64,000 nt of DNA. Origin: an uncultured Alphaproteobacteria bacterium. Lineage in GTDB: Bacteria > Pseudomonadota > Alphaproteobacteria > HIMB59 > GCA-002718135. A program made the position numbers and the translations under genes. Positions within the stretch are counted from its first letter, which is position 1. Each line of letters opens with the position of its first letter. This document shows, one piece after another, positions 1-11,159 of this stretch. The DNA lies in contig CACLJX010000004.1 of the NCBI GenBank assembly GCA_902607435.1, forward strand, positions 23,794 through 87,793, written 5' to 3'. The notes below the pieces were generated by a model. It saw nothing but the letters and a program-made list of their open reading frames with translations, had not been told where the DNA came from and did no database searches.

Positions 1-417
1 GATGATTTAAAAAATAACACCAAGGTAATTATAGTTGGTGATGATGCTATCGAAATTTTTTATTCTATTAAGAATATTTTAGGTAATATAAATAAGCAAG
101 ATTCTGATTATATTTTAAAAATAAGTTCTATACGAAAAGACTTGGCTCAAGTAATCGAAAAGGATGCAACAGCATCGAAATTTAGTATTGAATATAATAT
201 TTCCTATAGTCTTTTTAATTTAGAGCAAAATTGTGAAATAATCGATTCACAAAATTTAACAAAAGGTTTTTATGATTCAAAATCTGCTGGTTACAGTTTT
301 GGGACAGATTTATCAAAAAAAGAAACTGAAAAAAAATTAATATCTAGAAATATTGATCAATTTGTTTCCTCTATTTATAGATATGGTGATTTAAACAGTT
401 GTCATAATGAAAACTAG
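1..417 (+). CDS. lptE: LPS assembly lipoprotein LptE-like (5' partial)
   Basis: Frame of ORF 142..417 is open back to base 1; lies directly upstream of holA as in the conserved leuS-lptE-holA order; sequence itself is divergent. Confidence 0.6.
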   Translation, partial: DDLKNNTKVIIVGDDAIEIFYSIKNILGNINKQDSDYILKISSIRKDLAQVIEKDATASKFSIEYNISYSLFNLEQNCEIIDSQNLTKGFYDSKSAGYSFGTDLSKKETEKKLISRNIDQFVSSIYRYGDLNSCHNEN

Positions 418-1396
418 CTCTGAAAATTTAATTGAAAAAACATATAGGGGGGAATTGGAATTAAGCGCAATTTTGCTATTTGGAAATCAGGATGGGATGA
501 TATCGGGACTAATTAAAATATTTTATAAATATTTTAAAAAAAAAAAGAATATTGATGAAATAAAATATTTTGATTGTAAAAATGATAAAAATATTCCAAT
601 CAATAATATAATTAACAATTCTTCTCTTTTTTCTACTCTAAATTTCATTGTTATTACAAACCCTTCTGAAAAAATATATGATGAATTAGAAAAAATAGAA
701 TTAAATAACAATATAATCATCATAGATGGGGGTCGGATTAAATCAAATTCAAAATTAAAAAAATACTTTGATTCTCACAAAAATTTTTTAAGCGTTTCGT
801 GTTATGAACTAAACAGAAATACAAAAACAAAAATCATCAATATGTTTTTAGATGATAATAACATAACTTTAGAAAAAACCTCCTATTGGTATCTAGTAGA
901 AAATATTAGCAACGAATTTTTAATTTTAGAAAAGGAATTATCTAAAATATCCGCTTTCAAAGATTCTTCCGTGTCTATAGAAAATCTTAAATTGTTGTTA
1001 ATTCAAGATATTAGTTCCAATCTTGATGATTTGTTTTTTGAGTGTGCTAGTAAGAATAGGTCTGTTTTATTAAAAAAAACTAACGCTTATATTAGATCGA
1101 CCAGTGATAGTTATGAAATTGTAAGGAATATAAAAAAATTTGTCCAAATATTGGCCCTTGCATCAACAAATAAAGAGACAGCAAGTATTGATTCACTAAC
1201 TAATATATATCTTCCTAAATACCTTTTTAAAAAAAAAGAAGTCTTTAAAAAAATCCTTGACAAAATTAGCTCAAATAAAATTACAAAAATAGCCCAGCTT
1301 ATTCAAAAAACTGAAATTTTACTTCGAAAAAACTCTTCTCATTATTTAGAGATTACTCAACGCTTTTTACTAAATTTTTCTAAAATAATTAAATAA
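407..1396 (+). CDS. holA: DNA polymerase III delta subunit
   Basis: ILLFGNQDG N-terminal motif, SKLKKYF and SCYE motifs, 329 aa, convergent with parB as in alphaproteobacteria. Confidence 0.85.
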   Translation: MKTSSENLIEKTYRGELELSAILLFGNQDGMISGLIKIFYKYFKKKKNIDEIKYFDCKNDKNIPINNIINNSSLFSTLNFIVITNPSEKIYDELEKIELNNNIIIIDGGRIKSNSKLKKYFDSHKNFLSVSCYELNRNTKTKIINMFLDDNNITLEKTSYWYLVENISNEFLILEKELSKISAFKDSSVSIENLKLLLIQDISSNLDDLFFECASKNRSVLLKKTNAYIRSTSDSYEIVRNIKKFVQILALASTNKETASIDSLTNIYLPKYLFKKKEVFKKILDKISSNKITKIAQLIQKTEILLRKNSSHYLEITQRFLLNFSKIIK

Positions 1397-2239
1397 TTAT
1401 TTTTTTAAGCGCTTCATAATTTCATCAAGTTGATCAAGATCTGAATAATACAGGGTTATTGACCCTGAAGAGCCTTGATCATTGAAATGAATTGAGGTTT
1501 TAAGACCAATTTTTTCCGAAAGTTCTTTTTCTAAATCAGCTATATTTGGATCCTTTAAAGATTGTACATTTGATTTCTTTTTTTTATATTTTGATGTTTT
1601 CCTTTCTACATCTCTAACGCTTAGTTTTTTATTTATAATTTCTTTTGCTATTTCTAGAGCATTGGGTACGCCAATCAGCGTTCTAGCATGACCCATGGAA
1701 AGCATGCCGTTTTCTATATATTTTAAAATTTGTTCATCCAGCTCCAACAATCTTACAATATTTGAGATATGACTTCTGCTTTTACCAATTATTTTCGATA
1801 TATTTTCATAATTAGTCTCGTTGCTCTTAAGAAGCAATTTATATGCCTTTGCTTCTTCAACAGGATTCAGATTTTCACGTTGAATATTTTCAATTAGTGC
1901 GGCTTCTACTACTTCTTTATCAGACATTTCTTTAATCAATGCCGGTATTTCATGAAGACCGGCTAATTGCGCTGCTCTCCACCTTCTTTCTCCTGCTATT
2001 ATTTCAAAGATGCCCTCTGATTTTTTTCGTACAATAATTGGTTGCAAAATTCCTTGGGCCTTAATTGAGACTGCGAGATCTTTTAACTCATTTTTATCAA
2101 AATTTTTTCTCGGCTGTTCTTTATTGGCAATTAGTGAAGAAGTATTCAGATATTTTAATTTCTCATTATTTATATAGTTTTCATTAGACGTTAAGAGTGA
2201 AGACAATCCTCTGCCTAGTTTTTTATTTTCTTGATTCAT
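1397..2239 (-). CDS. parB: Chromosome partitioning protein ParB
   Basis: LGRGLSSLL, QPRKNF, GILQPI, AGERRWRAA, ENIQRENLNPVEEA, HTH. Confidence 0.97.
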   Translation of the reverse strand: MNQENKKLGRGLSSLLTSNENYINNEKLKYLNTSSLIANKEQPRKNFDKNELKDLAVSIKAQGILQPIIVRKKSEGIFEIIAGERRWRAAQLAGLHEIPALIKEMSDKEVVEAALIENIQRENLNPVEEAKAYKLLLKSNETNYENISKIIGKSRSHISNIVRLLELDEQILKYIENGMLSMGHARTLIGVPNALEIAKEIINKKLSVRDVERKTSKYKKKKSNVQSLKDPNIADLEKELSEKIGLKTSIHFNDQGSSGSITLYYSDLDQLDEIMKRLKK

Positions 2240-2249
2240 TTAATGCTAA

Positions 2250-3008
2250 TCATTGCTTCAATATTACTTCTTTTGCAAGTTCAATATAGGCTTTTGAGCC
2301 GGCACAAGCCGTATCGTAAATTAATACCGGTTTGCCATGGCTGGGAGCTTCGGATATTCTAACATTTCTTGGGATTATTGTTTTGTATACTTTTTCTGCA
2401 AAATATTCTCTAACGTCGTTTTCAACCAGCAAGCTAAGTGAGTTTCTTTTATCATGCATAGTTAAAACAACGCCTTCGATTTCAAGACCTCTATTAAAAT
2501 TTTCTTTAATTAATTGTATCGTTTTCGTCAAGGCGCTCAACCCTTCTAAGGCAAAAAATTCACACTGAAGAGGAACTATAACTGAATTTGCTGCAACAAG
2601 ACTGTTAATAGTTAAAAGTCCAAGAGCTGGGGGGCAATCTATAAATAAATAATCATATTCTTTAATTTCGGTAAGTATTTTTTTTAATCTACTTTCTCTT
2701 TTATCCATCTCAGCGAGTTCTATTTCTGAGGCTGCAAGATTATTGGTTGAGGTTATAATGTCTAGATTTGGTATGGAGGTTTTTTTAATAGATTTTTGAT
2801 CAAAAGATCCTAATGTTAACATTTCATAAAGACAGGGGTTTCTGTCGCTCTCTAAAATCCCCATACCAGTACTTGCATTAGCTTGCGGATCAGCGTCTAT
2901 TAACAAGGATTTTTTCTCAATTGCTACCATTGCTGTCGCAAGATTTATTGCGGTGGTAGTCTTCCCCACCCCGCCTTTTTGATTGGCTATAGCTATAATC
3001 TTAGTCAT
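2250..3008 (-). CDS. parA: Chromosome partitioning ATPase ParA/Soj
   Basis: [10 protein letters not shown] deviant Walker [21 protein letters not shown]. Confidence 0.97.
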   Translation of the reverse strand: MTKIIAIANQKGGVGKTTTAINLATAMVAIEKKSLLIDADPQANASTGMGILESDRNPCLYEMLTLGSFDQKSIKKTSIPNLDIITSTNNLAASEIELAEMDKRESRLKKILTEIKEYDYLFIDCPPALGLLTINSLVAANSVIVPLQCEFFALEGLSALTKTIQLIKENFNRGLEIEGVVLTMHDKRNSLSLLVENDVREYFAEKVYKTIIPRNVRISEAPSHGKPVLIYDTACAGSKAYIELAKEVILKQ

Positions 3009-3615
3009 ATTTTTTAATTAAATCTTCAATAACCAAAACGCTCCCTCTTTTATCAGATTGACTTTTGTGGATTTCATAAAAAAAATTCCATCTTATTTTG
3101 GCCTGTTCTACTTCTTGTTTAACAGTTTTGCCTTTTAAAAAAATCAGAACTGTCTTCTTCTTTAAAAAATATTGTGAATAAAAAAACAGGTTACTTAAAT
3201 TATCCAGGGCTCTAGAAACCAGTATATCAAATTTTATATTTTTTAAATTTTCTATTCTTTTTAAATGAATTTTCATCTTTAAATCTAATGTTTCATTTAT
3301 ATGCCGAATAAATTTAATTTTTTTAAAATTAGAATCTATTAAACTCACATTTGAATGTCCAGCAATAGACAAAATTATACCTGGCAAACCAGCCCCTGTT
3401 CCCATATCCAAAATTGAACTTTTTTTATTTTTAATGTGATTGGTTATTTGAATACTATCTAAAACATGGTTTTGCCATGGTCTCAAAAGTGTAGATTTGC
3501 CAACAATATTTGTATGTTTATTATATATAATAATTTCTTGAATAAATTTATCAATATTAATTAATTGATTTCTTTTAAGATTATAAGATTCTATAATTCT
3601 ACTTTTTGAGTACAA
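3001..3615 (-). CDS. rsmG: 16S rRNA m7G527 methyltransferase RsmG (GidB)
   Basis: [22 protein letters not shown]; between mnmG and parA. Confidence 0.93.
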   Translation of the reverse strand: MYSKSRIIESYNLKRNQLINIDKFIQEIIIYNKHTNIVGKSTLLRPWQNHVLDSIQITNHIKNKKSSILDMGTGAGLPGIILSIAGHSNVSLIDSNFKKIKFIRHINETLDLKMKIHLKRIENLKNIKFDILVSRALDNLSNLFFYSQYFLKKKTVLIFLKGKTVKQEVEQAKIRWNFFYEIHKSQSDKRGSVLVIEDLIKKYD

Positions 3616-3617
3616 AC

Positions 3618-5489
3618 TTACACTGCTTTTATGTTTTTATTTTTCTTTACGTGTCTTAAAAGAGAAATTATTGCAGCGGGGGTTATCCCAGAAATTCTTG
3701 ATGCCGCACCAAGAGTTGGCGGCTGAATTAAAGATAGTTTTTCTACTGCTTCATTAGATAGGCATCCGATTTTAGAATAATCAAGATTGGTAGGCAAATT
3801 TAAGTTTTCATCTTTTATAAAATCATTAATATCTTCTTTTTGTCTATCAAGATAGCCTTTGTATTTAGATTCAATTTCTATTTGTTCCCTAGAAATTTTA
3901 TCAATCTTTGTTAGTTCTGGCCAAATATCAATTAATTGATCAAAAGCAATGTTGTTGAAGGAAAGAATATCAAAGGCTGTTCTCTTTCTTCCGTCATGAT
4001 TAATAAATATATTAAATTTAGCCAGTTTATTAGGAGTTATTTTTTTACTATTAATAATTTTAAAACTATTATTGATGTTTCTAATTTTATTATAATAAAT
4101 TTCTTTTCTTTCATTAGAAACACATCCTATTGCAATCCCTTTAGGAGTCAGCCTTTGGTCCGCATTATCTGATCTTAATACTAAGCGATATTCTGCTCTG
4201 GAGGTAAACATCCTGTAAGGTTCTTTTGTGCCTTTTGTTACTAAGTCATCAATTAATACCCCAATATAAGCATCTGCCCTGTTTAAAATAAAATTATTGT
4301 TTGAGTTATTTTTTAATGCGGCATTTAAGCCTGCCATCAATCCTTGTGCAGCTGCCTCTTCATACCCCGTTGTTCCATTAATTTGTCCTGCAAAAAACAA
4401 ATTACTAACTTTTTTTGTTTCTAAGGTGTGATAAAGCTCCTGGGGGTTAACATAATCATATTCAATAGCATAGCCCGGTCTAATAATTTCTGCTTTCTCA
4501 AGTCCTCTAATTGTATGTACAAAATCTTTTTGAATGTTTTCCGGCAAAGAAGTTGATATTCCGTTTGGATAAATAACATCATTATTAAGCCCCTCTGGCT
4601 CTAAAAAAATTTGGTGTGAATTTTTTGTAGAAAATTTTTTAATTTTATCTTCAATTGATGGACAATATCTTGCTCCCATAGAATTAATTTCACCAGAATA
4701 CATTGGTGATAGATTTATGTTTCGTTCAATTATTTTGTGAGTATTAATATTGGTGTGTGAGATAAAACAAGATATTTGAGGAATGTTGATAACCTTGTTG
4801 ATAAACGAAAAGGGAATGGGATGATTGTCTGGGGGCTGTTCTTCTAAGTTATTGAAATTAATAGATTTTTTATTGATTCGGGGGGGTGTTCCAGTCTTCA
4901 GCCTGCCTATTGAAAACTTTAAAAACTCTATTTTTTTTGCCAGACTAATAGAGGGCCTATCTCCAATCCTTCCTGCTGGAAATTTATCTTTCCCAATTCT
5001 AATTAAACCTCTCAAAAACGTTCCCGTAGTTAAAATCGTGGAATTAGAGTATAATTTATTAGAGTTTTCTAATATTACACCTACTGCTCTATTATTTTCA
5101 ATTATTATGTCTTCAACAGATGATTCAATAATTGTAATGTTTTTGTAACTATTTAGTATTCTTTGGACTGATTTTTTATATAAATCCCTGTCAGCTTGGG
5201 CTCTGGGGCCTTGCACAGCCTTTCCTTTGCTTAAATTAAGCATTCTAAATTGAATTCCTGAACTATCTATCGCCCTTCCCATAACTCCATCAAGGGCATC
5301 TATCTCCCGAACCAAATGCCCCTTTCCCAGGCCTCCAATTGCTGGGTTACATGACATTTCACCAATTTTATCTATTTTATGCGATATCAATGCGGTTTTT
5401 GCCCCCATTCTGGCGGATGAGCTTGCTGCTTCTGTTCCTGCATGTCCTCCGCCTATTACTATAACGTCAAAATAATTATTTTGTTTCAC
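3618..5489 (-). CDS. mnmG: tRNA uridine-5-carboxymethylaminomethyl(34) synthesis enzyme MnmG (GidA)
   Basis: [44 protein letters not shown]; GTG start. Confidence 0.98.
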   Translation of the reverse strand: MKQNNYFDVIVIGGGHAGTEAASSSARMGAKTALISHKIDKIGEMSCNPAIGGLGKGHLVREIDALDGVMGRAIDSSGIQFRMLNLSKGKAVQGPRAQADRDLYKKSVQRILNSYKNITIIESSVEDIIIENNRAVGVILENSNKLYSNSTILTTGTFLRGLIRIGKDKFPAGRIGDRPSISLAKKIEFLKFSIGRLKTGTPPRINKKSINFNNLEEQPPDNHPIPFSFINKVINIPQISCFISHTNINTHKIIERNINLSPMYSGEINSMGARYCPSIEDKIKKFSTKNSHQIFLEPEGLNNDVIYPNGISTSLPENIQKDFVHTIRGLEKAEIIRPGYAIEYDYVNPQELYHTLETKKVSNLFFAGQINGTTGYEEAAAQGLMAGLNAALKNNSNNNFILNRADAYIGVLIDDLVTKGTKEPYRMFTSRAEYRLVLRSDNADQRLTPKGIAIGCVSNERKEIYYNKIRNINNSFKIINSKKITPNKLAKFNIFINHDGRKRTAFDILSFNNIAFDQLIDIWPELTKIDKISREQIEIESKYKGYLDRQKEDINDFIKDENLNLPTNLDYSKIGCLSNEAVEKLSLIQPPTLGAASRISGITPAAIISLLRHVKKNKNIKAV

Positions 5490-5497
5490 GTGAAATC
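5482..5497. promoter_or_regulatory. parS: parS site 1 (TGTTTCACGTGAAATC)
   Basis: 14/16 match to consensus TGTTTCACGTGAAACA; overlaps the mnmG start codon; ~2.5 kb from parA. Confidence 0.85.
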
Positions 5498-6800
5498 ACT
5501 TTCCAATACAAAAATCATTAAATATAATCTCTAATATATCTTCAATATCAATATTGCCAGTAATTTTTGATATTTCTCTCATAGCAACACGTATTTCTTC
5601 GGCAAATATATCAAAATTATTAATATTTTGGGATTTTTTTAAACATATAAGTGTTTGTTTCAATGCTTCCAAATGTCTTTCACGTGAAACAATAATGTCT
5701 TCTTCTCTGTTATCGGGATTAATTTTACTATAAATTTCCTTAAATAATTTATCAAACCCATCGCCATTTATTGAAGAAATATTATAAATATTTTTTTTGT
5801 TTATGCTTTTTGATATATCTGATTTTGACTTAACAAAAATTTTGTTATTAAAACTATCATATTCTTTAATTTCAGCTATATTTTCTATGAAAACTATATT
5901 TAGATCTGCTATATTGCTCATGTTTCGAGCTTTTTGTATTCCTATTTCTTCTGCTTTGTTTTTGTGTGGTCTTATGCCTGCAGTATCATAAAATTTAATT
6001 GGAAGTCCTTTAAAGTCTACAAAAAGCTCTAATAAATCTCTGGTAGTGCCTGGCTCGCTCGTGACAATTGCCATTTCTCTTTTAGCTATTTTGTTCATAA
6101 AGCTAGATTTTCCAGTATTGGGCTTGCCAATAATTGTAACTATAAAACCAGATCTAATTTTTTCCCCTATTGCTCCTTCATTTATATAGTTTTTTATATC
6201 TTTGATAATGTTCTCTATTTGTTCTTTTATTGTTAATATTAGATTTTTTGGCAACTCCTCATCTGAAAAATCAATAACTGCCTCGACATCTGCTAGTATT
6301 TTTAATAATCTGCTTGAAAATTCATTAATTTTTTTTGATAATTGTCCATCAAGCTGCCGCATAGCCTGCTTTCGTTGGGCTTCTGTTTCTGAATTAACTA
6401 TGTCTGCTATGGCCTCAACTTGTGTTAAATCTAATTTGTTGTTTTCAAACGCTCTTCTTGTAAATTCTCCTGGTTCAGCAATTCTAGTATTGTCCATGTT
6501 GCCCAGTGTTGATAGCATTTTTTTTATTACTGCAATTCCTCCGTGAATTGAAATTTCAACCATGTCTTCGCCGGTATAACTCTTGGGCGACTTAAAATAT
6601 GTTGTTATTGTTTGGTCAATACTCATATTTTTTTCTAAAAATATATTATTTAATGTGGCTTTATTCGGAATTAATGGCATGTTTGTTGATAGTTTTTTTA
6701 TAACACCAAAAGAATTAACCCCAGATATTCTAACCACAGCAATAGCGGATTTTCCTAAAGGGGTTGCAAGAGCAAATATTGTGTCATTATTTTTGTTCAT
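5496..6800 (-). CDS. mnmE: tRNA modification GTPase MnmE (TrmE)
   Basis: DTIFALAT, SYTGED, GKPNTGKSS, GTTRD, DTAGIR, C-terminal FCIGK. Confidence 0.98.
   Translation of the reverse strand: MNKNNDTIFALATPLGKSAIAVVRISGVNSFGVIKKLSTNMPLIPNKATLNNIFLEKNMSIDQTITTYFKSPKSYTGEDMVEISIHGGIAVIKKMLSTLGNMDNTRIAEPGEFTRRAFENNKLDLTQVEAIADIVNSETEAQRKQAMRQLDGQLSKKINEFSSRLLKILADVEAVIDFSDEELPKNLILTIKEQIENIIKDIKNYINEGAIGEKIRSGFIVTIIGKPNTGKSSFMNKIAKREMAIVTSEPGTTRDLLELFVDFKGLPIKFYDTAGIRPHKNKAEEIGIQKARNMSNIADLNIVFIENIAEIKEYDSFNNKIFVKSKSDISKSINKKNIYNISSINGDGFDKLFKEIYSKINPDNREEDIIVSRERHLEALKQTLICLKKSQNINNFDIFAEEIRVAMREISKITGNIDIEDILEIIFNDFCIGK
5676..5691. promoter_or_regulatory. parS: parS site 2 (TCTTTCACGTGAAACA)
   Basis: 15/16 match to consensus; inside mnmE (encodes V-S-R-E). 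Confidence 0.85.
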
Positions 6801-6918
6801 TTTATTTATGTGTTAATCTTATACTTGAAACGATATTGTAACAACTTTGTATGTTTTAATTAATGCATTTATAGAAGATTAAATTTAAAATATTTAAACA
6901 ATATAATATAAAAAATAT

Positions 6919-8859
6919 ATGTCTAATAACCTTCTCTGGAAACCTTCTGGTTTGGATACGCAGCTGACTCACTATATTAATTTCCTTAGAGAAAATAATC
7001 TGCATGAGTATAGCGACTATGACTCTCTCCATTGTTGGAGCATAAACAACAAAGATGTTTTTTGGAAATCAATATGGGATTTCACAAATATTGTTGGAGA
7101 ATACGTTGGTCCTGTTACAAATAATAATAGTGATTTTGTTGATTCAAAATTTTTTGTTAATGCAAGGTTAAATTATACAAAAAATGTTATTAAACAAAAA
7201 AACAACGAAGATGCTATAATATTTTATTCTGAACAAAACCATTATAGAAAGATTTCTTGGAACGAACTGTCAACACAAACAAACAAATTTGCAAATTATT
7301 TAAAGCATCAAGGAATAAAAAGAGGCGACAGAATAGGGGCTGTCCTTCCTAATTTTCCTGAAACAGTCGTAGCCTTTCTTGCTTCTGCAAAAATTGGCGC
7401 AATATGGTCTTCTTGTTCCGCAGATTTTGGTCCAAAAGCGGTTATAGATCGCTTCAAACAAATTTCTCCGAAGATGCTTATTGCAACAAATTTTTATTAT
7501 TATAATAATAAAAAAATTAACACCCTTTCTAATGCATACAAGATTAAAAAAGAAATTCCAAGCATAGAAAAAATTGTTGTTGTCCCCTTTGAAAAATTAA
7601 AAATAAGTGATGTGCCAGACTTTCACTATGATAATTGGTTTTCAATTATGTCTGATTATAAAGAGCTATTATTAGAGGAAAGCTTTGAATTTAATATACC
7701 TTTATATATTTTATATTCCAGCGGAACAACTGGCAGCCCCAAATGTATTGTGCATGGTGCAGGCGGCTCTTTGTTACAACACAAAAAAGAGCACCAATTA
7801 CATTGTAATATAAATCAACAAACAAAAATTTTATATTTTACTACTTGTGGATGGATGATGTGGAACTGGCTTGTAGGTTGTATGGCCTCGGGGTCGACTA
7901 TTTGTCTTTATGACGGCTCTCCGTTTTATCCAAAAAAAAATAATTTATTTAAAATAATTGAAAAAGAAAACATATCCCACTTTGGTACTAGTGCAAAATA
8001 TTTAGACGCACTAAAACAAGAGGGGCTTAAAATTAAAGATCAGTGCGATTTAAAAAATTTAAAAACAATACTTTCTACCGGATCCCCGCTTTCTCCTGAA
8101 AGTTTTGAATATGTGTATAATAATATAAAAAAAGAGGTTCACTTAGCATCTATTTGTGGCGGAACAGACATAGTGTCTTGTTTTATTGGAGGAAATCCAA
8201 ATGCTCCAGTATACGCTGGAGAGATTCAATGCAAGGGGCTTGGTATGGATGTCGGAATATTAGATGAGAGTGGGAGGCTTTTGAAAGGAAAAAAGGGTGA
8301 GCTGGTTTGTCTGTCGCCCTTTATTAGCAAACCTCTATATTTTTGGAACGATAAAAAAAACAGAAAATATATAAGGGCTTATTTTTCAAAATATAAAAAC
8401 ATATGGTGCCAAGGTGATTTTGTAGAACAGACTCCAAACATGGGGTTTGTTGTTTATGGAAGATCTGATGCCACCCTAAACTCTGGGGGTATTCGAATTG
8501 GGACAGCAGAATTATATAATATAGTTGAGAAAATTAACAATGTGTATGAGTGTGTTGCTGTTGAACAAAAAGTTTACAATGATACCAGGGTGGTGTTGTT
8601 TGTGAAATTAAGTGGTGGCATTAAGCTTAAAGACACCTTTAGGGAAAAAATAAAAAACGAAATAAAATATAGCCTTTCTCCTAAGCACGTACCCTCAAAA
8701 ATAATACAGGTCTCTGACATTCCAAGAACAAAATCAGGTAAAATAGTTGAGCTTACAATAAAAAAAATCATTAACAACGAGAAGGTGGAAAATCTTACCT
8801 CGCTTATAAATCCTGAAAGCCTTGATAACTTTAAAAACCTAAAAGAACTAAGACTTTAG
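6919..8859 (+). CDS. Acetoacetate--CoA ligase (acetoacetyl-CoA synthetase)
   Basis: LWKPS N-terminus, YSSGTTGSPKCIVHGAGG, YFTTCGWMMWNWL, SICGGTD, GRSDATLN. Confidence 0.9.
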   Translation: MSNNLLWKPSGLDTQLTHYINFLRENNLHEYSDYDSLHCWSINNKDVFWKSIWDFTNIVGEYVGPVTNNNSDFVDSKFFVNARLNYTKNVIKQKNNEDAIIFYSEQNHYRKISWNELSTQTNKFANYLKHQGIKRGDRIGAVLPNFPETVVAFLASAKIGAIWSSCSADFGPKAVIDRFKQISPKMLIATNFYYYNNKKINTLSNAYKIKKEIPSIEKIVVVPFEKLKISDVPDFHYDNWFSIMSDYKELLLEESFEFNIPLYILYSSGTTGSPKCIVHGAGGSLLQHKKEHQLHCNINQQTKILYFTTCGWMMWNWLVGCMASGSTICLYDGSPFYPKKNNLFKIIEKENISHFGTSAKYLDALKQEGLKIKDQCDLKNLKTILSTGSPLSPESFEYVYNNIKKEVHLASICGGTDIVSCFIGGNPNAPVYAGEIQCKGLGMDVGILDESGRLLKGKKGELVCLSPFISKPLYFWNDKKNRKYIRAYFSKYKNIWCQGDFVEQTPNMGFVVYGRSDATLNSGGIRIGTAELYNIVEKINNVYECVAVEQKVYNDTRVVLFVKLSGGIKLKDTFREKIKNEIKYSLSPKHVPSKIIQVSDIPRTKSGKIVELTIKKIINNEKVENLTSLINPESLDNFKNLKELRL

Positions 8860-8918
8860 TTTTTTGTATATTTGTTTCTGGTTGAAGATTTTGCACAAAA
8901 ATTATAAACTATTATAAA

Positions 8919-9902
8919 ATGCCTAAAAAAATTATTTTTGCTCAGCTTGGTGGGCCCGAAGTTCTAGAGTATGTTGATTATGAGCTTCCAAAAACGGTTC
9001 CTGACAAAAACGTTAGAATAAAACAAACCTCTATTGGTTTAAATTATATAGATACATACTTTCGAAGGGGGATTTATCCCGCCCCAACCCCGTTGCCAAT
9101 ATGTCCGGGGTTAGAGGCTGCAGGAGAGGTAATTTCTTTGGGCAGTGGGGTTAATAACATTAATGTCGGTGATAGGGTCTGTTACGCAGCTCCTCCCTTG
9201 GGGGCATATTGTGAGATAAGGGATTTTCCTGTTGATAAAATAGTTAAAATACCAAAAGGCCTAAGTAATGACGAAGCTGCATCTATTTTCCTACAGGGAA
9301 TGACTGTTGAGTATTTGTTTACAAGGCTGCACAAGATAAAAAAAGACCAATATGTTTTATTTCATGCGGCTGCTGGGGGAGTTGGGTTAATAGCTTGTCA
9401 GTGGGCAAAACATATTGGTTGTAATTTAATTGGAACAGTTGGCTCGAACAAAAAGGTTGAATTAGCAAAAAAAAACGGGTGCACGCACGCAATAAACTAT
9501 AACACTGAAAATGTAGTTGAAAGGGTTAATAAAATTACTGATGGTGAGGGGGTTCCTGTTGTTTACGATGGTGTTGGAAAAAACACTTTTCAAATATCCT
9601 TGGATTGTTTGTCTTTAAGGGGGTTGTTTGTTTCTTTTGGTCAATCTTCTGGAATGGTCCCTGATGTTAATCTTCATAAGACCTTCAATCCCAAAAGTCT
9701 TTATTATACAAGGCCAACATTAATGCATTATAATGCAACAAGAGAAGAGCTTAATAACAGCGCTGGGGCTCTTTTTGATTTAGTTAAAAAAGGAGCCATA
9801 ACACCTAATTTGTCAAAAACATACTCCTTAGAAGAATCCTCCTCTGCACACTCAGACCTTGAATTAAGAAAAACGGTTGGTTCTATTGTTTTAAATCCTT
9901 GA
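8919..9902 (+). CDS. qor: NADPH:quinone oxidoreductase (zeta-crystallin family)
   Basis: GLNYIDTYFRRG, HAAAGGVG, VVYDGVG, FGQSSG. Confidence 0.92.
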   Translation: MPKKIIFAQLGGPEVLEYVDYELPKTVPDKNVRIKQTSIGLNYIDTYFRRGIYPAPTPLPICPGLEAAGEVISLGSGVNNINVGDRVCYAAPPLGAYCEIRDFPVDKIVKIPKGLSNDEAASIFLQGMTVEYLFTRLHKIKKDQYVLFHAAAGGVGLIACQWAKHIGCNLIGTVGSNKKVELAKKNGCTHAINYNTENVVERVNKITDGEGVPVVYDGVGKNTFQISLDCLSLRGLFVSFGQSSGMVPDVNLHKTFNPKSLYYTRPTLMHYNATREELNNSAGALFDLVKKGAITPNLSKTYSLEESSSAHSDLELRKTVGSIVLNP

Positions 9903-11159
9903 TTATTTAGTCCCCATGCTTTGAAAAAATTCAGAATTTGTTTTTGTGCTCTTCATTTTATCAAGTAGAAACTCCATGGATTCTGTTGTTCCCATTGGCG
10001 CTAATATTTTTCTTAATATAAATATTTTTCCTAGTTCGTCTTTTTCTAAAAGCAGTTCTTCTTTTCTTGTCCCAGATTTTCCAATATCAAAGGCGGGATA
10101 AGTTCTTTTTTGACTAAGCTTTCTGTCTAAAACAATTTCACTATTTCCTGTCCCCTTAAATTCTTCAAAAATTACTTCGTCCATTCTGCTACCTGTTTCA
10201 ATTAACGCTGTAGAAATAATTGTAAGGGACCCTCCTTTTTCAACGTTCCTCGCTGCTCCAAAAAACCTTTTTGGTCTTTGAAGTGCGTTTGCATCAACGC
10301 CTCCTGTTAAAACCTTCCCGCTAGAAGGGATAACTGTATTATAGGCCCTACCAAGTCTTGTAATTGAATCCAACAAAATAACAACATCGTTTTTATATTC
10401 TACTAATCTTTTAGCTTTTTCTATAACCATCTCGGCAACCTGAACGTGTCGTGATGCCGGTTCATCGAATGTAGAACTTATAACTTCTCCATCAACAGAT
10501 CTTTCCATATCCGTTACTTCTTCGGGTCTTTCATCAATTAATAAAACAATTAATTTTGTTTCTGGGTTATTTTTTGTAATGGCGTTTGCAATTTTTTGCA
10601 TAATTATTGTTTTTCCAGTAAAAGGTTGTGCAACTATTAGTTGTCTTTGACCTTTCCCAAGCGGCGCAATAATATCAATTATCCTTTCTGTTAAATCAGG
10701 CATTGGCTTTTCTTGTTCAAGGACAAATCTTGTGTTTGGATAAAGCGGGGTTAAATCTTCAAAATTTATTCTATTTCTAACAAGATCGGGGTCTTGGTTA
10801 TTTATTTTATTGATCTTAATTAGGGCAAAATACCTTTCGCCGTGTTTGGGGGCCCTTATTTCCCCTTCAACACTATCTCCTGTTCTTAAACTAAATTTTT
10901 TTATTTGGTTGGGACTTACATAAATATCATCTGGTCCTGGAAGATAATTTGATTCAGAAGATCTAAGAAAACCAAAACCGTCTTGCATAATATCAATAAC
11001 GCCAATACCAATGATAGAAGAGCCGTCTGACGCTATCTGTTTTAAAATAGCAAACATTAAGTCTTGTTTTCTATACGATGACGGATTTTCTATAGAAAGC
11101 TCTTCTGCTTGCTTTAATAAATCTTCAGGTTCTTTCTTTTTTAGCTCTTGTAGGTTCAT
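9903..11159 (-). CDS. rho: Transcription termination factor Rho
   Basis: [42 protein letters not shown]. Confidence 0.98.
   Translation of the reverse strand: MNLQELKKKEPEDLLKQAEELSIENPSSYRKQDLMFAILKQIASDGSSIIGIGVIDIMQDGFGFLRSSESNYLPGPDDIYVSPNQIKKFSLRTGDSVEGEIRAPKHGERYFALIKINKINNQDPDLVRNRINFEDLTPLYPNTRFVLEQEKPMPDLTERIIDIIAPLGKGQRQLIVAQPFTGKTIIMQKIANAITKNNPETKLIVLLIDERPEEVTDMERSVDGEVISSTFDEPASRHVQVAEMVIEKAKRLVEYKNDVVILLDSITRLGRAYNTVIPSSGKVLTGGVDANALQRPKRFFGAARNVEKGGSLTIISTALIETGSRMDEVIFEEFKGTGNSEIVLDRKLSQKRTYPAFDIGKSGTRKEELLLEKDELGKIFILRKILAPMGTTESMEFLLDKMKSTKTNSEFFQSMGTK

Noticed and set aside
1871-1886. Third parS-like sequence (TTTTCACGTTGAA) in parB
   Set aside because: Palindrome is broken and it is explained by the conserved IQREN codons.
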